Source of the DNA: Rhina ancylostomus
Taxonomy: Eukaryota
Assembly: GCA_030265395.1 (NCBI GenBank)
Contig: JARFYF010000119.1
Span: 44,787,084 to 44,851,083, forward strand
Direction: 5' to 3'
Length of the DNA stretch: 64,000 nt
Part shown: piece by piece, positions 1 through 12,334 of the stretch
Layout of the letters: each line of letters opens with the position of its first letter
Numbering within the stretch: the first letter of the stretch is position 1
Position numbers and translations under genes: made by a program
Notes under the pieces: model-generated
Database searches by the model: none
What the model was told of the DNA's origin: nothing
Seen by the model: only the letters and a program-made list of their open reading frames with translations

Positions 1-455
1 TCCCAGTTGCCTGTGTTTGACCCCTATCCCTCTGAACCTTTCCTGTCCACGTACCTGTCTAAATGTCTTTTGAACATTATAATTGTACCTGCCTCTACCA
101 CTTTCTCATGCACCTCATTCCATGTACCCACCACCCTCTGTGTGGAAAAAGTTACCCCTCAGATCCCTCTTTTTTAAATCCTTCCCCTCTTATTTTAAAC
201 CGACTCTCCTATCTCCTACCCTGTTTTAAAAAAAAGACTGTATCTACCTTATCTATACCCCTCATGATTGTATGTATCTCCTGTAAGATCACCCCTCAGC
301 CTCCTATGGTCCAGGGTTTCAAAAGCCCCAGCCTATCCACCCTCTTCTTATACCTTGAGTCCTTTAGTCCGGTAATATCCTTATGAACCTCTTCTGCACC
401 TTTTCCAGTTTAATGACATGTAGCTGAGCAACTAGAAATGCACTCAATATCAGAG
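1..455 (-). mobile_element. CR1-type LINE 3' end remnant
   Basis: Reverse complement of the typical chondrichthyan CR1 ORF2 C-terminus (ccaccaccctctgtgtggaaaaagttacccctcag, atcacccctcagcctcc). Degenerate. Confidence 0.8.
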
Positions 456-479
456 GAGCCAAGATAAGCAACTGCAGTG

Positions 480-1960
480 AATTTTGTAAATGGCTCACAC
501 CACAGCCGTGTTACCCCAGTGTGAAGGGAATGAATGTTTGAAGTGGTGAGTGAAGTGCAGATCAATTGGTCTGCCTTTTCTTGGGCTGTAATGAACTTCT
601 GAATGCTATTGGAGTTTCTCTTTATTTGCCTAGATGAATGTCTTTCATTACTTTCCTGATGTGCTTTCTAGATGGTGGAAAGGCTTCAGGGTGTCAGGAT
701 ATCCAGATTTTGAAATCGGTGTTTATGTGGCATCTCCAGTTGAGTCTCTGGTTAATGTTGATTCTCTAGGGTTTTGATGATGAGGAACATAATGATTAAA
801 TGTCAAGAATAGTTGCTTAAATTCTCCTGTTGAAGATGGTCATTGCCTCGCATTTCTGTGGTGTGAATGTTGTTTTCTGATTATCAGTCTATGCCTGACT
901 GTCCAGGGGTTGGGTGGTTGGCCTCCAGAAACCACTTGTATCTCCCTATGTACTGCTAATGGTCCACGCACCTCGTGGGTGCCCATCTCAAGTCCCTTGA
1001 ACTACTCTATTCCATTTTACAGGAGTAGTTGTTACTAAGCCCAGGCTTTGTCATGTGCTGTCCATTGGTCACTTCTGATACAGTCATGTACAGGCATATC
1101 TACAACTGGTAGCTTGGTGAGAATGGTGTCAAGTACATTTATCCCTCATACTGTTTCACTAACCACCTGTCGCAGGCCCATTCTGACTGTTGTATCCCTC
1201 CAGGCTTGGCCAGTGTAGTCAGTGATGATGCCATTGTGCCACTCTTGGTAATGAGTACTGTCTGTGTTCTAACTACTTTCAGTGCTTCTTCCAAGTATTG
1301 TTCAACATGGGTGTACTAATTCATGAGCTGAGTGAAGTGGTAACAAGAAGAGGTTTCTTTGTCCATATTTGACTTGCTGCTGTGAAATTTCATGAAGCCG
1401 AGAGTCAATATTGTGGATTTCCAGAGCTTCTCCCTTCTGCCTTTGATGCACTGTACCTCTACTTCTGATGGATTTGTCCTGCCAGTGGTAGAAGACATAT
1501 CCAGGAATTGTAACAGAGGACTCTGGGATGTTGTCTGAAAGGTACAATTGTGACAGTACATCCATATCAGGTTGTTCACCAGTGGGTGACACAGCTCTCC
1601 CAAATTAGACTCCAGTCCTCAGATGAGGATTTTGCAAGTTTGACTGGACTGGGAGTGACTTTGCAGTGTTCAAATTTAGTGCTTAGTCAAAGATGGATGG
1701 TCTGTCTGTTTATTTTACATATGCTTTTTTTATTGCAGCAGCTTGATGGGATTGAATGGCTTGCTGGGCCATTTTAGAGGGTAATTAAGACTCAACCACA
1801 TTCCTGTGGTCTTGTGTCACAAATGGGACTGACTGCTTAGGGCCACAGATTTCCTAGTTTAAAAGGACATGAGGTAACCAAAAGGGTGTTTACAACAATC
1901 TGGTAGTTCTGTGGTCACCATAACTGAAACTGGCAGTTTAAAAAAAATCCTAGATTATTT
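480..1960 (-). mobile_element. Degenerate CR1/L2-group LINE with AP-endonuclease and RT remnants
   Basis: ORF 1302-1592(-) reads PDMDVLSQLYLSDNIPESSVTIPGYVFYHWQDK...HEISQQQVKYGQRNLFLL, resembling a LINE AP-endonuclease N-terminus. Bases 660-900 resemble the copies at about 10580, 14910 and 16510. Confidence 0.7.
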
Positions 1961-2449
1961 AATTGACAGAAGTCAAACTCCACTGCTGCCAAAGTGAGAT
2001 TTCAGCTCGTGTCACTCAACTGGTTTCAGCCCACTGAGTGAAGTACCAGAGAACGTAGTTCAGTCTGACACTCAAAGAAACATAGAAGATAAAACCAGCA
2101 CATTTTTTAAATAGCTTTAATTTGCATCGTGGTAGTAAAGAACATGTGTTCTTTAAGCTTTTGTACTCCTGGCTCATTAGTGGTGTACAATGTTGGGTGT
2201 ACTAGGATGTTTTTAAAGCAGTTGTTATGTATCTGTAATGAAGCCAGAGTGTTTTAATTAAAAATAAGTGATGAGGTTTTAAACCTGCATTTTATAAAGC
2301 CTCACTAGTTAAGGTAATGAAAAGATAGCTTGTACAATAATGACCAGCGAAAATGAAATCAGGGCTTACAGCAGTGAGATGAGGGATTGCTGTCACAAGA
2401 AATCTGAGCAAGGCAGGTTTGGGGAGGAGAAAGAGGCACAGGGAGATGG

Positions 2450-2782
2450 AGAGATTACAGCACGGAAACAGCCCCTTTGGCCCACTAAGTCCAAGCCGAT
2501 CATCAAGCAGCCGTTTTTACATTTTATTCTCCCCATGTTCCCATCAGGTAAACCCCTCCTCACAGATTCCAGCATGCACCTGCGCGGTAGGGTCCATTTA
2601 CACTGGCTGATTAACATACCAGCCTGCGCACTTTTGGAACATGGAGAGGAAGCCGGAGCACTTGGAGGAATCCTATGTAGTCACATGAAAAACGTGCAAG
2701 CTCCACACGGAGAGCACGGACAGTCAGGATCAAAGCCGGGTAGCTGGAGCTGTGAGGCTACAACTCATCTGGCTGTGCCTCC
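2450..2782 (-). mobile_element. tRNA-derived V-SINE (HE1-like) with CR1-derived tail
   Basis: Contains the reverse V-domain (gaggaagccggagcacttggaggaatcc), the reverse head (ctggagctgtgaggc) and a CR1-like tail (cagcacggaaacagcccctttggccc). Confidence 0.8.
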
Positions 2783-3189
2783 GAGGTGTGGTGGAATATG
2801 TATCGAGAGGGGGCAATCACTAGGAGTACGAGGCTCTTGGGGTGCATTACTGATCTTCTTGGTTCTATGGAAAACTGACAGACGTGTTGTTTGCTTTGAA
2901 GCAGGCCAGAGACAGTGAAGCAGAATGACTTTAGAAGAAATTTCCATCTTCTCTGAAAACGCATCACTCAATTAAATTAACCGAGAAGTAAAATCTCACC
3001 TGTCAGTGCATGATGACATGTCTGAGGGAGTGAAGTTACTCAGCTTCATGTTCAAACAGGTCAATTTCACCTGATTTTGATAATATAATATATGTTTGAT
3101 ATATCAGGTGCTGAAAGCTTTTTAACGGGATTTATAATTAATCCAGTTGTAAGACTCCCAGGGCTAGAAATTCTGTTCCTTATAAAAAG

Positions 3190-3350
3190 GGAGCGAGTGG
3201 CACAGTTAGTAGAGCTGCTGCTGCCTTGCAGCTCCAGTGATCCACATTCAACATGAACTCCTGGTGCTGTCTGCATGGAGTTGGCACATCTCCCTGTGAT
3301 TTCCTCTGGGTGTTCTGGTGTTCTGGTTTCCTCCCACATCCCAGAGCCAG
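3190..3350 (+). mobile_element. V-SINE 5' part, abutting the 3' tail of a Rex1 element
   Basis: Head gtggcacagttagtagagctgctgc...cagctccag is followed by the V-domain tctggtttcctcccacatccca. Confidence 0.75.
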
Positions 3351-3354
3351 GGGT

Positions 3355-4715
3355 TGGTATCGGAATCAGATTTATTATATGACATGAAATTAGTTGTTTT
3401 GCAGCAGCAGTACAGTGGAAAGACATGAAATTATAATTTACAAACATTAATAGTGCAACAATAAAAGGAATAACAAGGTAGTGTTCGTGGGTTCATGGAC
3501 CAATCAGAAACCTGATGACAGAGGGGAAGAAGCTGTTTCTGAATCATTGAGTGTGGGTCTTCAATATCCTGTACCTCCTCTTGATGGTAATAATGAGAGG
3601 AGGGCCTGTCTTGGATGGTCAGGTCCTTGGTGACGGATGCCACCTTCTTGAGGCACCACCTCATGAAGATGTCCTAGACAGTGAGCAGAGTTGTGCCTGT
3701 GATGGAGCTGGCTGAGCCTACAGCCCTCTGCAGCCTCTTGTGATCCTGTGCATTGGAGCCTCCATACGAGGCTGTGATGGAACCAGTCAGAATGCTCTCC
3801 ATTGTACATCTGTAGAATTTGCAAGAGTCTTTGGTGAGGTACTGAATCTCTTCAAACTCGTAATGAAGTAGAGCTGCTGCTGTGCCTTCTTCATGATTGC
3901 ATCAATGTGTTGGGCCCAGGATAGATCCTCTGAGATGTTGACATCCAGTAACTTGAAGCTGCTCACCCTTTCCACCGCTGACCCCTCAATGAGAATTGGT
4001 GTGTGTTGTCCTGACTTCCCCTTCCTGAAGTCCATGATCAATTACTTGGTCTTGCTGACACTGAGTGCGAGGTTGTTGTTGAGACACCACTCAACCAGCC
4101 GATCTGTCTCACTCCGGTATGCCTCCTTGTTGCATCTCAGGTTCTACCAACAGCAGTGGTGTCATCAGTGAATTTATAGATGGCATTTGAGCTGCGCTCA
4201 GCCATACATTCGTGAGTGTAGAGAGTGTAGAGCAGTGGGCTAAGCACACATCCTTGAGGTGCGCCTGTGTTGATTGTCAGCGAGGAGGAGATGTTACTAC
4301 TGATCTGCACTGACTGTGGTCTCCCGATGAGGAAGTCAAGGATCCAGTTGCAGAAAGAAGTACAGAGGCCCAGGTTTTGAAGCTTGTTGATTAGTACTGA
4401 GGGGATGATGGTGTTGAACGCTAAGCTGTAATCAATAAATAGCAGCCTGACGTATGTATTGCTGTTGTCTCGGTGCTCCAAAGCTGAGTGGAGAGCCAGA
4501 GAGATTGTATCCACTGTAGACCTGTTGTGGCGGTAGACAAATTGCAGCAGGTCTAGATCCTTGCTCAGGCAGGAGTTAATCCTTGCTATGACCAACCTCT
4601 CAAAGCACCTCATCACAGCAGATGTGAGTGCTACTGGGCGACAGTCGTTGAGGCAGCTCCCCCTGCTCTTCTTCTGCACTGATATGATTGATGCCCTTTT
4701 GAAGCAGGAGTGGAA
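3355..4715 (-). mobile_element. 5'-truncated Rex1/Babar non-LTR retrotransposon (RT pseudogene)
   Basis: ORF 4137-4757(-) carries [58 protein letters not shown] and KFTDDT. It continues after a frameshift in ORF 3787-4041 (VERVSSFKLLDVNISEDLSWAQH). The 3' tail aataaatctgattcc lies near 3362-3376(-). Confidence 0.92.
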
Positions 4716-6814
4716 GTCGATGAGCTTTCTGGTAGTGGATGATGGGAAAGTGTACATCCCTGTATCAGCTGGGGGCAGTTTATGCTCAACTGCAATGCTT
4801 TATACAGTTAAAATAGTCTGCTGATATTCAGAAGATTTGCACAAGTCACTTCGGTGAGATACTTGCAAGGAGACATCCAGGCTGAGGTTTAGGAAACTGA
4901 GTTGGGAGGGAAGTGAAGCTCAATGGTTCTGTAAGTCCTTGCCTGGACTGTTTCACTGATCAGCACAGTGAGAACCCTGCACGTGAGGAGTTCATTTGAT
5001 TGTGTCCCCGTATCAGCTTGTTACTTTATGTTTCTTGTTTCATAGTGTTTTTGATTCCTTTTTATATCTAAAATCCCAAAGTAATCCGGTTTCCTAAAAT
5101 GTAATACCGAGATGTCATCTACTTGTGACTGTTTTAAGTTCTCCCTAGCATGATAATATTGTGAACAGCATTTGAAGGCTGTAGATCTAACTGTTCATTT
5201 GTGCTCCACACAGACCTCTCCCACCAGCTTTCTTTCACCCTGTCAGTACATCCACTTCTCCTTTATCATTCGTGTACTTGTCTGAGTTCCCCTTGTGTTC
5301 AGCAGTGCAGTTTGCTTCACCCATTCCACATGGAACTGCTGTGCAAATTTTAACCACTGTCTTGTTAAGAAGGTTGCTTCTGAAATCCCTACAGTTTTGT
5401 TCAATGAGGCAAGTAGCCACACAAAGCTTCAAATCAAACATCCATTAATGAAGGTGAACAACCCTCAACAGTACTCAGTGGCTGATACAGCAATATATCA
5501 AAAGTCATTCCACTCAGTACACATGGTTCTTGAGAATATATACAAAGCCAATATACATTTGTGTAACACATGCAATAGCACTTTAAGAATTGTAAGTGAC
5601 TTTGTGGTGTTGCTATATTGCTCAGTAGAGCACTTGCCAAAGCTGTTGGCCTGTGTGCAGTTTTGACCCTTTATTAAGTTTTATGAAGTACGTTGACAGC
5701 TTAATTTACCAGTTGCAAGTGAATGAGAGGGAGGTATACAGAGATGGTTATGGTTACCTCTCAACTGGGGACATCTTTCCACAATAAACCAATCATTAGG
5801 TCGTGCTTTAGCCTTACTTTCTCCCCAGCCTGTCCTCACAGTTGCAATCTTTTTGTGCTGGTTTCATCCTTGTCAATCCTCTTTTTCTACTTTCATGAAC
5901 GCCTCTGTTTTTAGTGTTTTTAATAATATGAAGACTGGAACTGTTCACAATACTGTGATCTAATGAAGATTCTGTCCAAGTTTAGTCCTCCTTGAATCCC
6001 ACTCTGGAAGCGAGCCCCAGTGCTTGATCTGCTTATTTTGCCTTATTGCAACTCAGAGTTCAGAGAGTTATACAGCTCTTGTGATTTCTGTATTTGTTAG
6101 TCTATCTAGATCCCCTTGCTTCTCAATCCCATCCTCTTATTATCCAAGCAATACAAGGTCACTCTATTTTCCCAGCTCAGATGTGCCACAATTGTCTCTA
6201 AGCCACCCCAGCCATTTGTGGCAATCTGCGCATATCCTGGGCCTCCTGTATTCTGTCACCTTCCTCCGACGCATTCACTATACGCCACCCCCTCCCCCAG
6301 TTTGGTGTTCTGGTATTTGCGTTCCATTGTTGCTTGGATTGGCAAACTCAATACAGTCTGGTAATAGTTCAGCAGTTTTCTGACGCCTATGGTTCCCAGT
6401 GTCAGTCAGCCTTTGCTGTTGTGTGGGAGGTTGTCACACGGATCTCCACTCGTTTTGAACCGAGCATTCCCATATTCCAGTACTTACACTTTGTCTTCCC
6501 ATGGAATTCAATATAGTGGCTTACAAACTGACTATTCTACAAGCTGCTAAGATAGTTAACCTCGGCAATTATAGGATTTGTGAGGAGTTGGTACACTGTA
6601 TACAAGAAACCAAACTAAGATGATCAAAGCAAGAACACCCACTGCAGAAATGTGACTGTGAGTGTGTACACCTACATTTCTGTAGGCTTCTAGTCCATTT
6701 ATAGGTGGTTTCTGTGCAGGATACTTACAGGGTATTAAAAGACAATATATCAATTTAATAGCCTAAGATGGAAAAAAATGTTTTTTTAAAAATATTGGGA
6801 CACGATAAAGTGAC

Positions 6815-6899
6815 GGAAACCACAATGATGCTGGAGGAACTCAGCAGGCTGTGGAGAAAAGCCGGTGATCAATGTTTCAAGTCAGGTCCCTTCTTCAGG
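6815..6899 (-). mobile_element. Penelope-like element terminal-repeat fragment with hammerhead-like core
   Basis: Family motif tgctggaggaactcagcagg is present. The minus strand reads CTGAAGA-agggacctgactt-GAAAC (6898 to 6874). Confidence 0.6.
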
Positions 6900-6989
6900 T
6901 GTTACGTACCAACAACAACAGAAACACACTGAGACATGTATAAGTGTTAAAAACTACTTTATTAATAACTACTTATGATAATAAGTAAA
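6900..6989. mobile_element. Possible LTR end running into an assembly gap
   Basis: An abrupt TGTTACGTAC start interrupts the preceding repeat. The other end is lost in the N gap 6990-7089. Confidence 0.35.
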
Positions 6990-7539
6990 NNNNNNNNNNN
7001 NNNNNNNNNNNNNNNNNNNNNNNNNNNNNNNNNNNNNNNNNNNNNNNNNNNNNNNNNNNNNNNNNNNNNNNNNNNNNNNNNNNNNNNNNGATTTGAATAT
7101 ATCCAGTGACTAAGTCCCCATAACACTTCTGTGTGCAAATTCCAAAGATTCAATAGCCTCTGGGTGAAGAACCTCCTTCTCATCTCAGTCGTGCCTCCTT
7201 TCTTTGAGACCATGACTCCTAATTCCTAGAGAACCCAGTCCAGGATGGAACTGAGGTCAAAAACTTGTGGTAGAAAGTTGCACAGTGATGCTCTGTATGT
7301 GGTCATGTCATGTGCACGAAGGCCATTGACTGTGCAACAGTGAGGTCAATGGCATGCGATGCATAATTTTACAGCTGTTGTAATATTGTATTGGCCATGG
7401 CATAGCCTTAAACAAAAGTGCTGGCATTCAATGGATGTGAAGATCTGCTCCAGCATTATTTAAAAGGCCCTGGACCATTATTCAGGTCTCCAGGAGTGAC
7501 TTAATGATTTGACTTGCTGTTGGAGGAATTGAATTTACA

Positions 7540-7790
7540 AGAACACAAGAAGATAGGAGCAGGGGTAGGCCATCTGGTCCCCCAAGCCTGTCCCACTATT
7601 CAATTTGTTCATTGCTGATCTACCCAAGGCAGATCCCCACAGCCCTCAATTCCCTGATCTCTTAAAGATGTGTTGATCCCACTTTAAATACTGCTGATGA
7701 GTGATTCTGAACAACTCTCAGGAGTAGAGAATTCTGGAGATTCACTACTCACTGAGAAGAAATCTCTATGTACCTTGGTTTCACACGACT
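7540..7790 (-). mobile_element. CR1 3' tail remnant
   Basis: Reads gaacacaagaagataggagcaggggtaggccat...agagaattctggagattcactactc. A related piece lies at 7090-7240. Confidence 0.7.
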
Positions 7791-8584
7791 GGATAAGTCT
7801 GAGGTTGTCCTTCAGCAGAGTGGGTCCTATGTTCTCTGTTGCTGGGGACCCCCACCCACCATTGCCCCTATCATTGGGTGACATTTCCAGCAACATAATG
7901 ACCAGGCAAGTTGTGCACTTTGTGAATGCTGTTTTAGGAGGGAGATTGTACTGCAAAGCTTATGCTTCTGTTGTGACTTTGTCTCATGTTTATTTTAAAC
8001 ACAACTGCTAGCAGTAGGCCTGGGAGTCATGATTCTCACAGGCACAATACATTACTCCCTTGAAGCCTGCATAAAACTAATGCAGATCCCTGCCGCAGCA
8101 CTAGTGTCACACTCACTCTTGCATGCAGGAATTTCAATGGGCTATACGTTCAAATTATTATTCAGGTTTTGCCGATAAATCTCCCCAATTATTTTAATCT
8201 TGCTGCAGATATTTTACTGTACATTATACAATGTATTTTTGGAGCACAAATGATTTTAATATTATTCCTTACTAAATGCTGCTACTGATTCTGAAAGCCA
8301 GAAGCTTTTAAGATAAAAGCTGAATGAAAGGAATATGTTGGATGGAGAAAAGGAATGGGGTACTTGTTGGGGGAATGATGGAATTACTGACACAGATGTA
8401 ACCATTCTACAGTGCTCCAGAGAGGATAAAGTAACAGTATCTATTCTTAATCCACTGAAAAATGGCTGCCTAATGTCATGATAACTTTAACTGAAAAGAA
8501 ATGTAGCACATGTAAAGCAGTTGGCTACCTTATCATCTCAGTTCCCACCTCAAGCTGGCTAAAAATTAACCTCAATGTAAAATG

Positions 8585-9600
8585 GGATCTGGAGTAATGT
8601 ACCTAATCATTCCGTTCCTGGATGATACATGATTAGGTGGGAAAATGAGTTGTGAGGAGAATGCAATACATATGATGTTGCAAAGGGATGTAGATGGACT
8701 GTGAGAGGGAAAGAATATGACTAGTGGAATAGAAAGTAGGAAATATGAAATTATCAGTTTTGGTGGGAAGAAAAGAAAAGCAAATTACTTTTTAAAAGGT
8801 GAGAGATTAATGAATATTGATGTATGGAGAATCACAGGAGGTTACCATGCAAACACAAAGCAATTGGGAAGGTAAAAATGGAGTGTTAACCATTATTGGA
8901 AGGGGACTTGGATATAAATGTAAAGATTTTTTGCTGTAATTAACTAATATTTTGAAATTGTACCTGGATTCTTGTGTGCAGTTTTGATCACCAAATTAAA
9001 AGCCAAATATACTTGAATCGGAGCAAATGCACCAAATGTTCACAAGCAGTACACACAAGATGCTGAGGAACTCAGTGGGTCAGGCAGCATCGATGGAGGG
9101 AAATGAACAGTCGACATTTCGGGTGGAGACCCTTCACCAAGTTAATTTCCCTCCATAGATGCTGCCTGACAAGCTCCTCCAGCATTTTGTGTACATTGTT
9201 CTAGATTCCAGCATCTGCAGAATCTCTTGTCTCTGTTTAAATGTTCACAAGACTTTTTTTTCCAGGGATGAGAGAAATTGACTGGATTGGGTTTCTAATC
9301 TCTGGAGTTTAGAGCATTGATGGACAATCTCATATTTACAGTTAAGACATAATAGATGGTGGGAAGAGTTTCCCAGGGTTGGGGAATCTGGAACTCTGAG
9401 TCACATTCTCAGGATAGAGGACTAAGCATATGGGACTCTGATGAGAAACGTCTTTGTTCTGAAAACTGAATTCTCTGCTGCAGGGGCTTTGAAAGTGTGA
9501 AGGGGTTTGGTGTATTCTGGGGTGCTGTAGCAATAAAAGGATGTTGGCATTGGGCAGGAAATTGGACATTAATACTCGCAATGTGGTGTCCTCTGCAATG
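8585..9600 (+). mobile_element. Degenerate CR1 RT and 3' region, interrupted by the 9047-9238 insertion
   Basis: gatgatacatgattaggtggg...ttgcaaagggatgtagatggac...gaaattatcagttttggtgggaag corresponds to the CR1 motifs DDTKLGG...LQxDxDxL...CEVIHFG. Confidence 0.7.
9047..9238. mobile_element. Short fold-back Penelope-derived insertion with 13-bp TSD
   Basis: Direct repeat aaatgttcacaag at 9034-9046 and 9239-9251. Inverted arms at 9079-9108 and 9141-9170 pair at 28 of 30 positions. Confidence 0.8.
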
Positions 9601-9639
9601 GAAGAAGCAAAAGCAGATTTGGTAATAACTGTGCAGAAC

Positions 9640-10130
9640 ATGTATGTTCATTCCACAAGAACAGTGTTCACTTCCAGTCACCTGTTAGTTTAATTCTCTG
9701 GTCTATGCCTTCTCTAAACTCGCTGCCTTTAGTGTCTTATGTTTCACCATCGACGTCCAACACAAACTCAAGCAACGGCACCTGATTTTCCATCTGTTTA
9801 CATTGCAGCACTTGGGACCTAACATCAAATTTAACACTGAGAGCTAATCATCCCCCTCTATTCTCTCTTTACAGATGAGGCTGTACCTTTGTTTCAATTT
9901 GTTTATTTTTTTACTGTGTCCAACTACCAAGTTAAAAAGTAATGGTTACCTTGACAACTTTGATCTGCACCCAATCATAGACATTCTTTCTGAGACCTTG
10001 CCCCTCTCAGCAACTTTAAACATGCTTGTTTCCCCACTTTTCGATATCTGATCAAATGAAAACATTGACTCTTTTTCTCTCCCTGCTGATGTTGTTTGAC
10101 CTGCTGAGTGCTCCTAGCATTTTCTGGTTT
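9640..10130 (+). mobile_element. Penelope-like element remnant (GIY-YIG C-terminus plus terminal repeat)
   Basis: Bases 9758-9835 encode QHKLKQRHLIFHLFTLQHLGPNIKFN, like the PLE ORF end (QRKLEEQHLIFRLGTLQPxGLNIEF). The remnant ends in tgacctgctgagtgctcctagcatttt. Confidence 0.65.
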
Positions 10131-10429
10131 GGTTGCCTATTCATGAATGATGGGATCTCATGGGGAGGGAGGAGAAGAAGTCCTCTCCACAAACACCAAA
10201 GAGAATCTGGCCATGTAACACACTGACTACGCTGGCTATTAAAGCCTCCAATTCTGACATTTCCCAAGCACAATCTAGGTCCTCCTGTATATTGCTGTTC
10301 ACTCTCTGTGTTCCAAGGCATTTATTTCCATAAACCTCATTTAGATTGAGTTAGCATTTAACGACTCCATTGAATGGAAGTTTGCCTGTCAATGCCATTT
10401 GATTAGTTGTATACTGCTGCTACTAACTG

Positions 10430-11850
10430 GGTGATTCAGATGCTCGTTTGGTGGGGATTGAGTGGGGTACCGATCAATCTGGTTGATTTGCCTTGGATGG
10501 TGTTGAGCTTATTGTGAAGTATTGGTGCTGCACTCATCCAGGGAACTGGAAAATATTCCATCACACGTCTGACTTGTGCCTTACAGATGATGGAAAGGCC
10601 TTGTAGGGTCAAGTCACTCACTGTAAGATACCCAGCCTCTGATCTGCTCTTGCAGCAATTGTATTTATGTGACTGGTTCAGCTGAGTTCCTGGTAAATGG
10701 TGACATGCAGGATATCAAGAGGGTAGCACAGTAGTGGAGCTTTAGTGCTGTTGCCTCACAGCTCCAGGGACCCAGGTTCAATCCTGACATCGTATACTGC
10801 CTCTGCACAGTTTGCGCATTCCCTTGAATCTTCATGGGTTCCTTCTGGGTGCCATGATTTCCTCCCATGTCTAAAAGATGTATTTGTAGGTTAGTGGATA
10901 AGATTCATACTAGTGTAAGAATCCAAGGAGAATTGATGGGCATGTGTGAAATGCAATAAGTTACAGGAGAACAGGGAAGTAAGGATAGGTGGAATGGGAT
11001 TAAGGGGATTGCTCTCCAGGAGCTGGTCTTGACCTGATGGGCCAAATGACCACTTTCTGTGGTGTTATAGGTATAAGACCAGGCAGTTCTAATGCCAACG
11101 AATGTCAGTGGTAGGCAATTAGACTCATTTGTTGGAGATGTTGATTATCTGACACTTGAATGGTAAGAATATTACTTGCCACTTAACCTTCCATGCCCGA
11201 GTGTCGTTGAGCTCGTGTTGCAAGCAGGCATGGACTGCTTCACTTCTGAGGAGATGGGAATGGAATTGAGCTTTGCGTAGACACCCATGAACATCCCCAC
11301 TTCAGATCTAATGATGGGATGGGGGGGCAGGGGAGGTAATTGATAAAGCAGCTGAAGATGTTCGGGCCTAGGGCACTGTCCTGAGGAACTTCTTCAGGGG
11401 TGTTCTGGCACTGGGAAGAATGATGTCCAGCAAGCACAAACATTTGTGCAAAGTACAACCCTGACCAAGGGCAGACATTCTCACTTCGTGTAGGAATTGT
11501 GCTCTGTGGCACACTTTTGCACCATAACTATGGTGGCCAGAGCTGAGTGGTCATGGCAAAGCCCGAATTGGGAATCAGTTATACTTTTATGGGTGGCTGA
11601 CAGCCATTTCATAGCACTGTCAATGGCATCTGATGGCTGGTATTAACAGTGCTGATGATTGAGAACAGACTGAATGGTCATGAGCCAGATTAGATTTGTC
11701 CTGCAGAACGTACCTGAGAGATTTTCCGCAGTGTTGTTACTGTATTGGTTGGCTGGAAGGACAGCAAGTTCTAAAGTGCAGGCCTTCAATACTCCACCTG
11801 GGATGTTGTCTGGTCCCATGGCCTCTCTTGTATCCAGTGCTCTCAGCCAT
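10430..11850 (-). mobile_element. Degenerate CR1/L2-group LINE RT region with a nested SINE
   Basis: Minus-strand peptides include KWLRALDTREAMGPDNIPGGVLKACTLELA, VPQDSALGPNIFSCFINYLP and KAQVRRVMEYFPVPWMSAAP. Confidence 0.8.
10721..11070 (+). mobile_element. V-SINE nested in a LINE
   Basis: B-box GGTTCAATCC at 10775-10784, V-domain atgggttccttctgggtgccatgatttcctccca, and CR1-like tail gatgggccaaatgacc. Confidence 0.8.
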
Positions 11851-11854
11851 TTAG

Positions 11855-12325
11855 GAACACAGAAAAGTACAGCACAGGAATAGGCCCTTTGGCCCACCAT
11901 GTCTATGCTAAACTAATTGGAAAATTAACTAATCACATCTGCCTGCATGTTGTCTAAAGTCCCACCATTCCCTCTCTGTGTATGTCTGTCTAAATGCCTC
12001 TTTAATATTGTTGTCGTATCTGCTTCCACCACCTCCCCTGGCAGTGCATTCCAGGCAGGGGATNNNNNNNNNNNNNNNNNNNNNNNNNNNNNNNNNNNNN
12101 NNNNNNNNNNNNNNNNNNNNNNNNNNNNNNNNNNNNNNNNNNNNNNNNNNNNNNNNNNNNNNNNNNNNNNNNNNNNNNNNNNNNNNNNNNNNNNNNNNNT
12201 AACTTTATATACTTCTGTCAGGTCAACCCTCAGCCTCTGACACTCCAGAGAAAGCAATCCAACTTTGTTAAACCTTTCCTTATGGCTAATACTCTTAATC
12301 CAGGCAACAACCTGGTGAACCTCCT
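11855..12325 (-). mobile_element. CR1 3' end spanning a gap
   Basis: ORF 11925-12257(-) reads SLECQRLRVDLTEVYKV...AWNALPGEVVEADTTTILKRHLDRH, the CR1 ORF2 C-terminus. Confidence 0.85.
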
Positions 12326-12334
12326 GGATGTGAT

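Noticed and set aside
2340-2918. 192-aa ORF
   Set aside because: It is mostly an antisense V-SINE.
10721-10790. tRNA gene (B-box GGTTCAATCC)
   Set aside because: It is the head of a V-SINE, followed by the V-domain and a CR1 tail, with no convincing cloverleaf.
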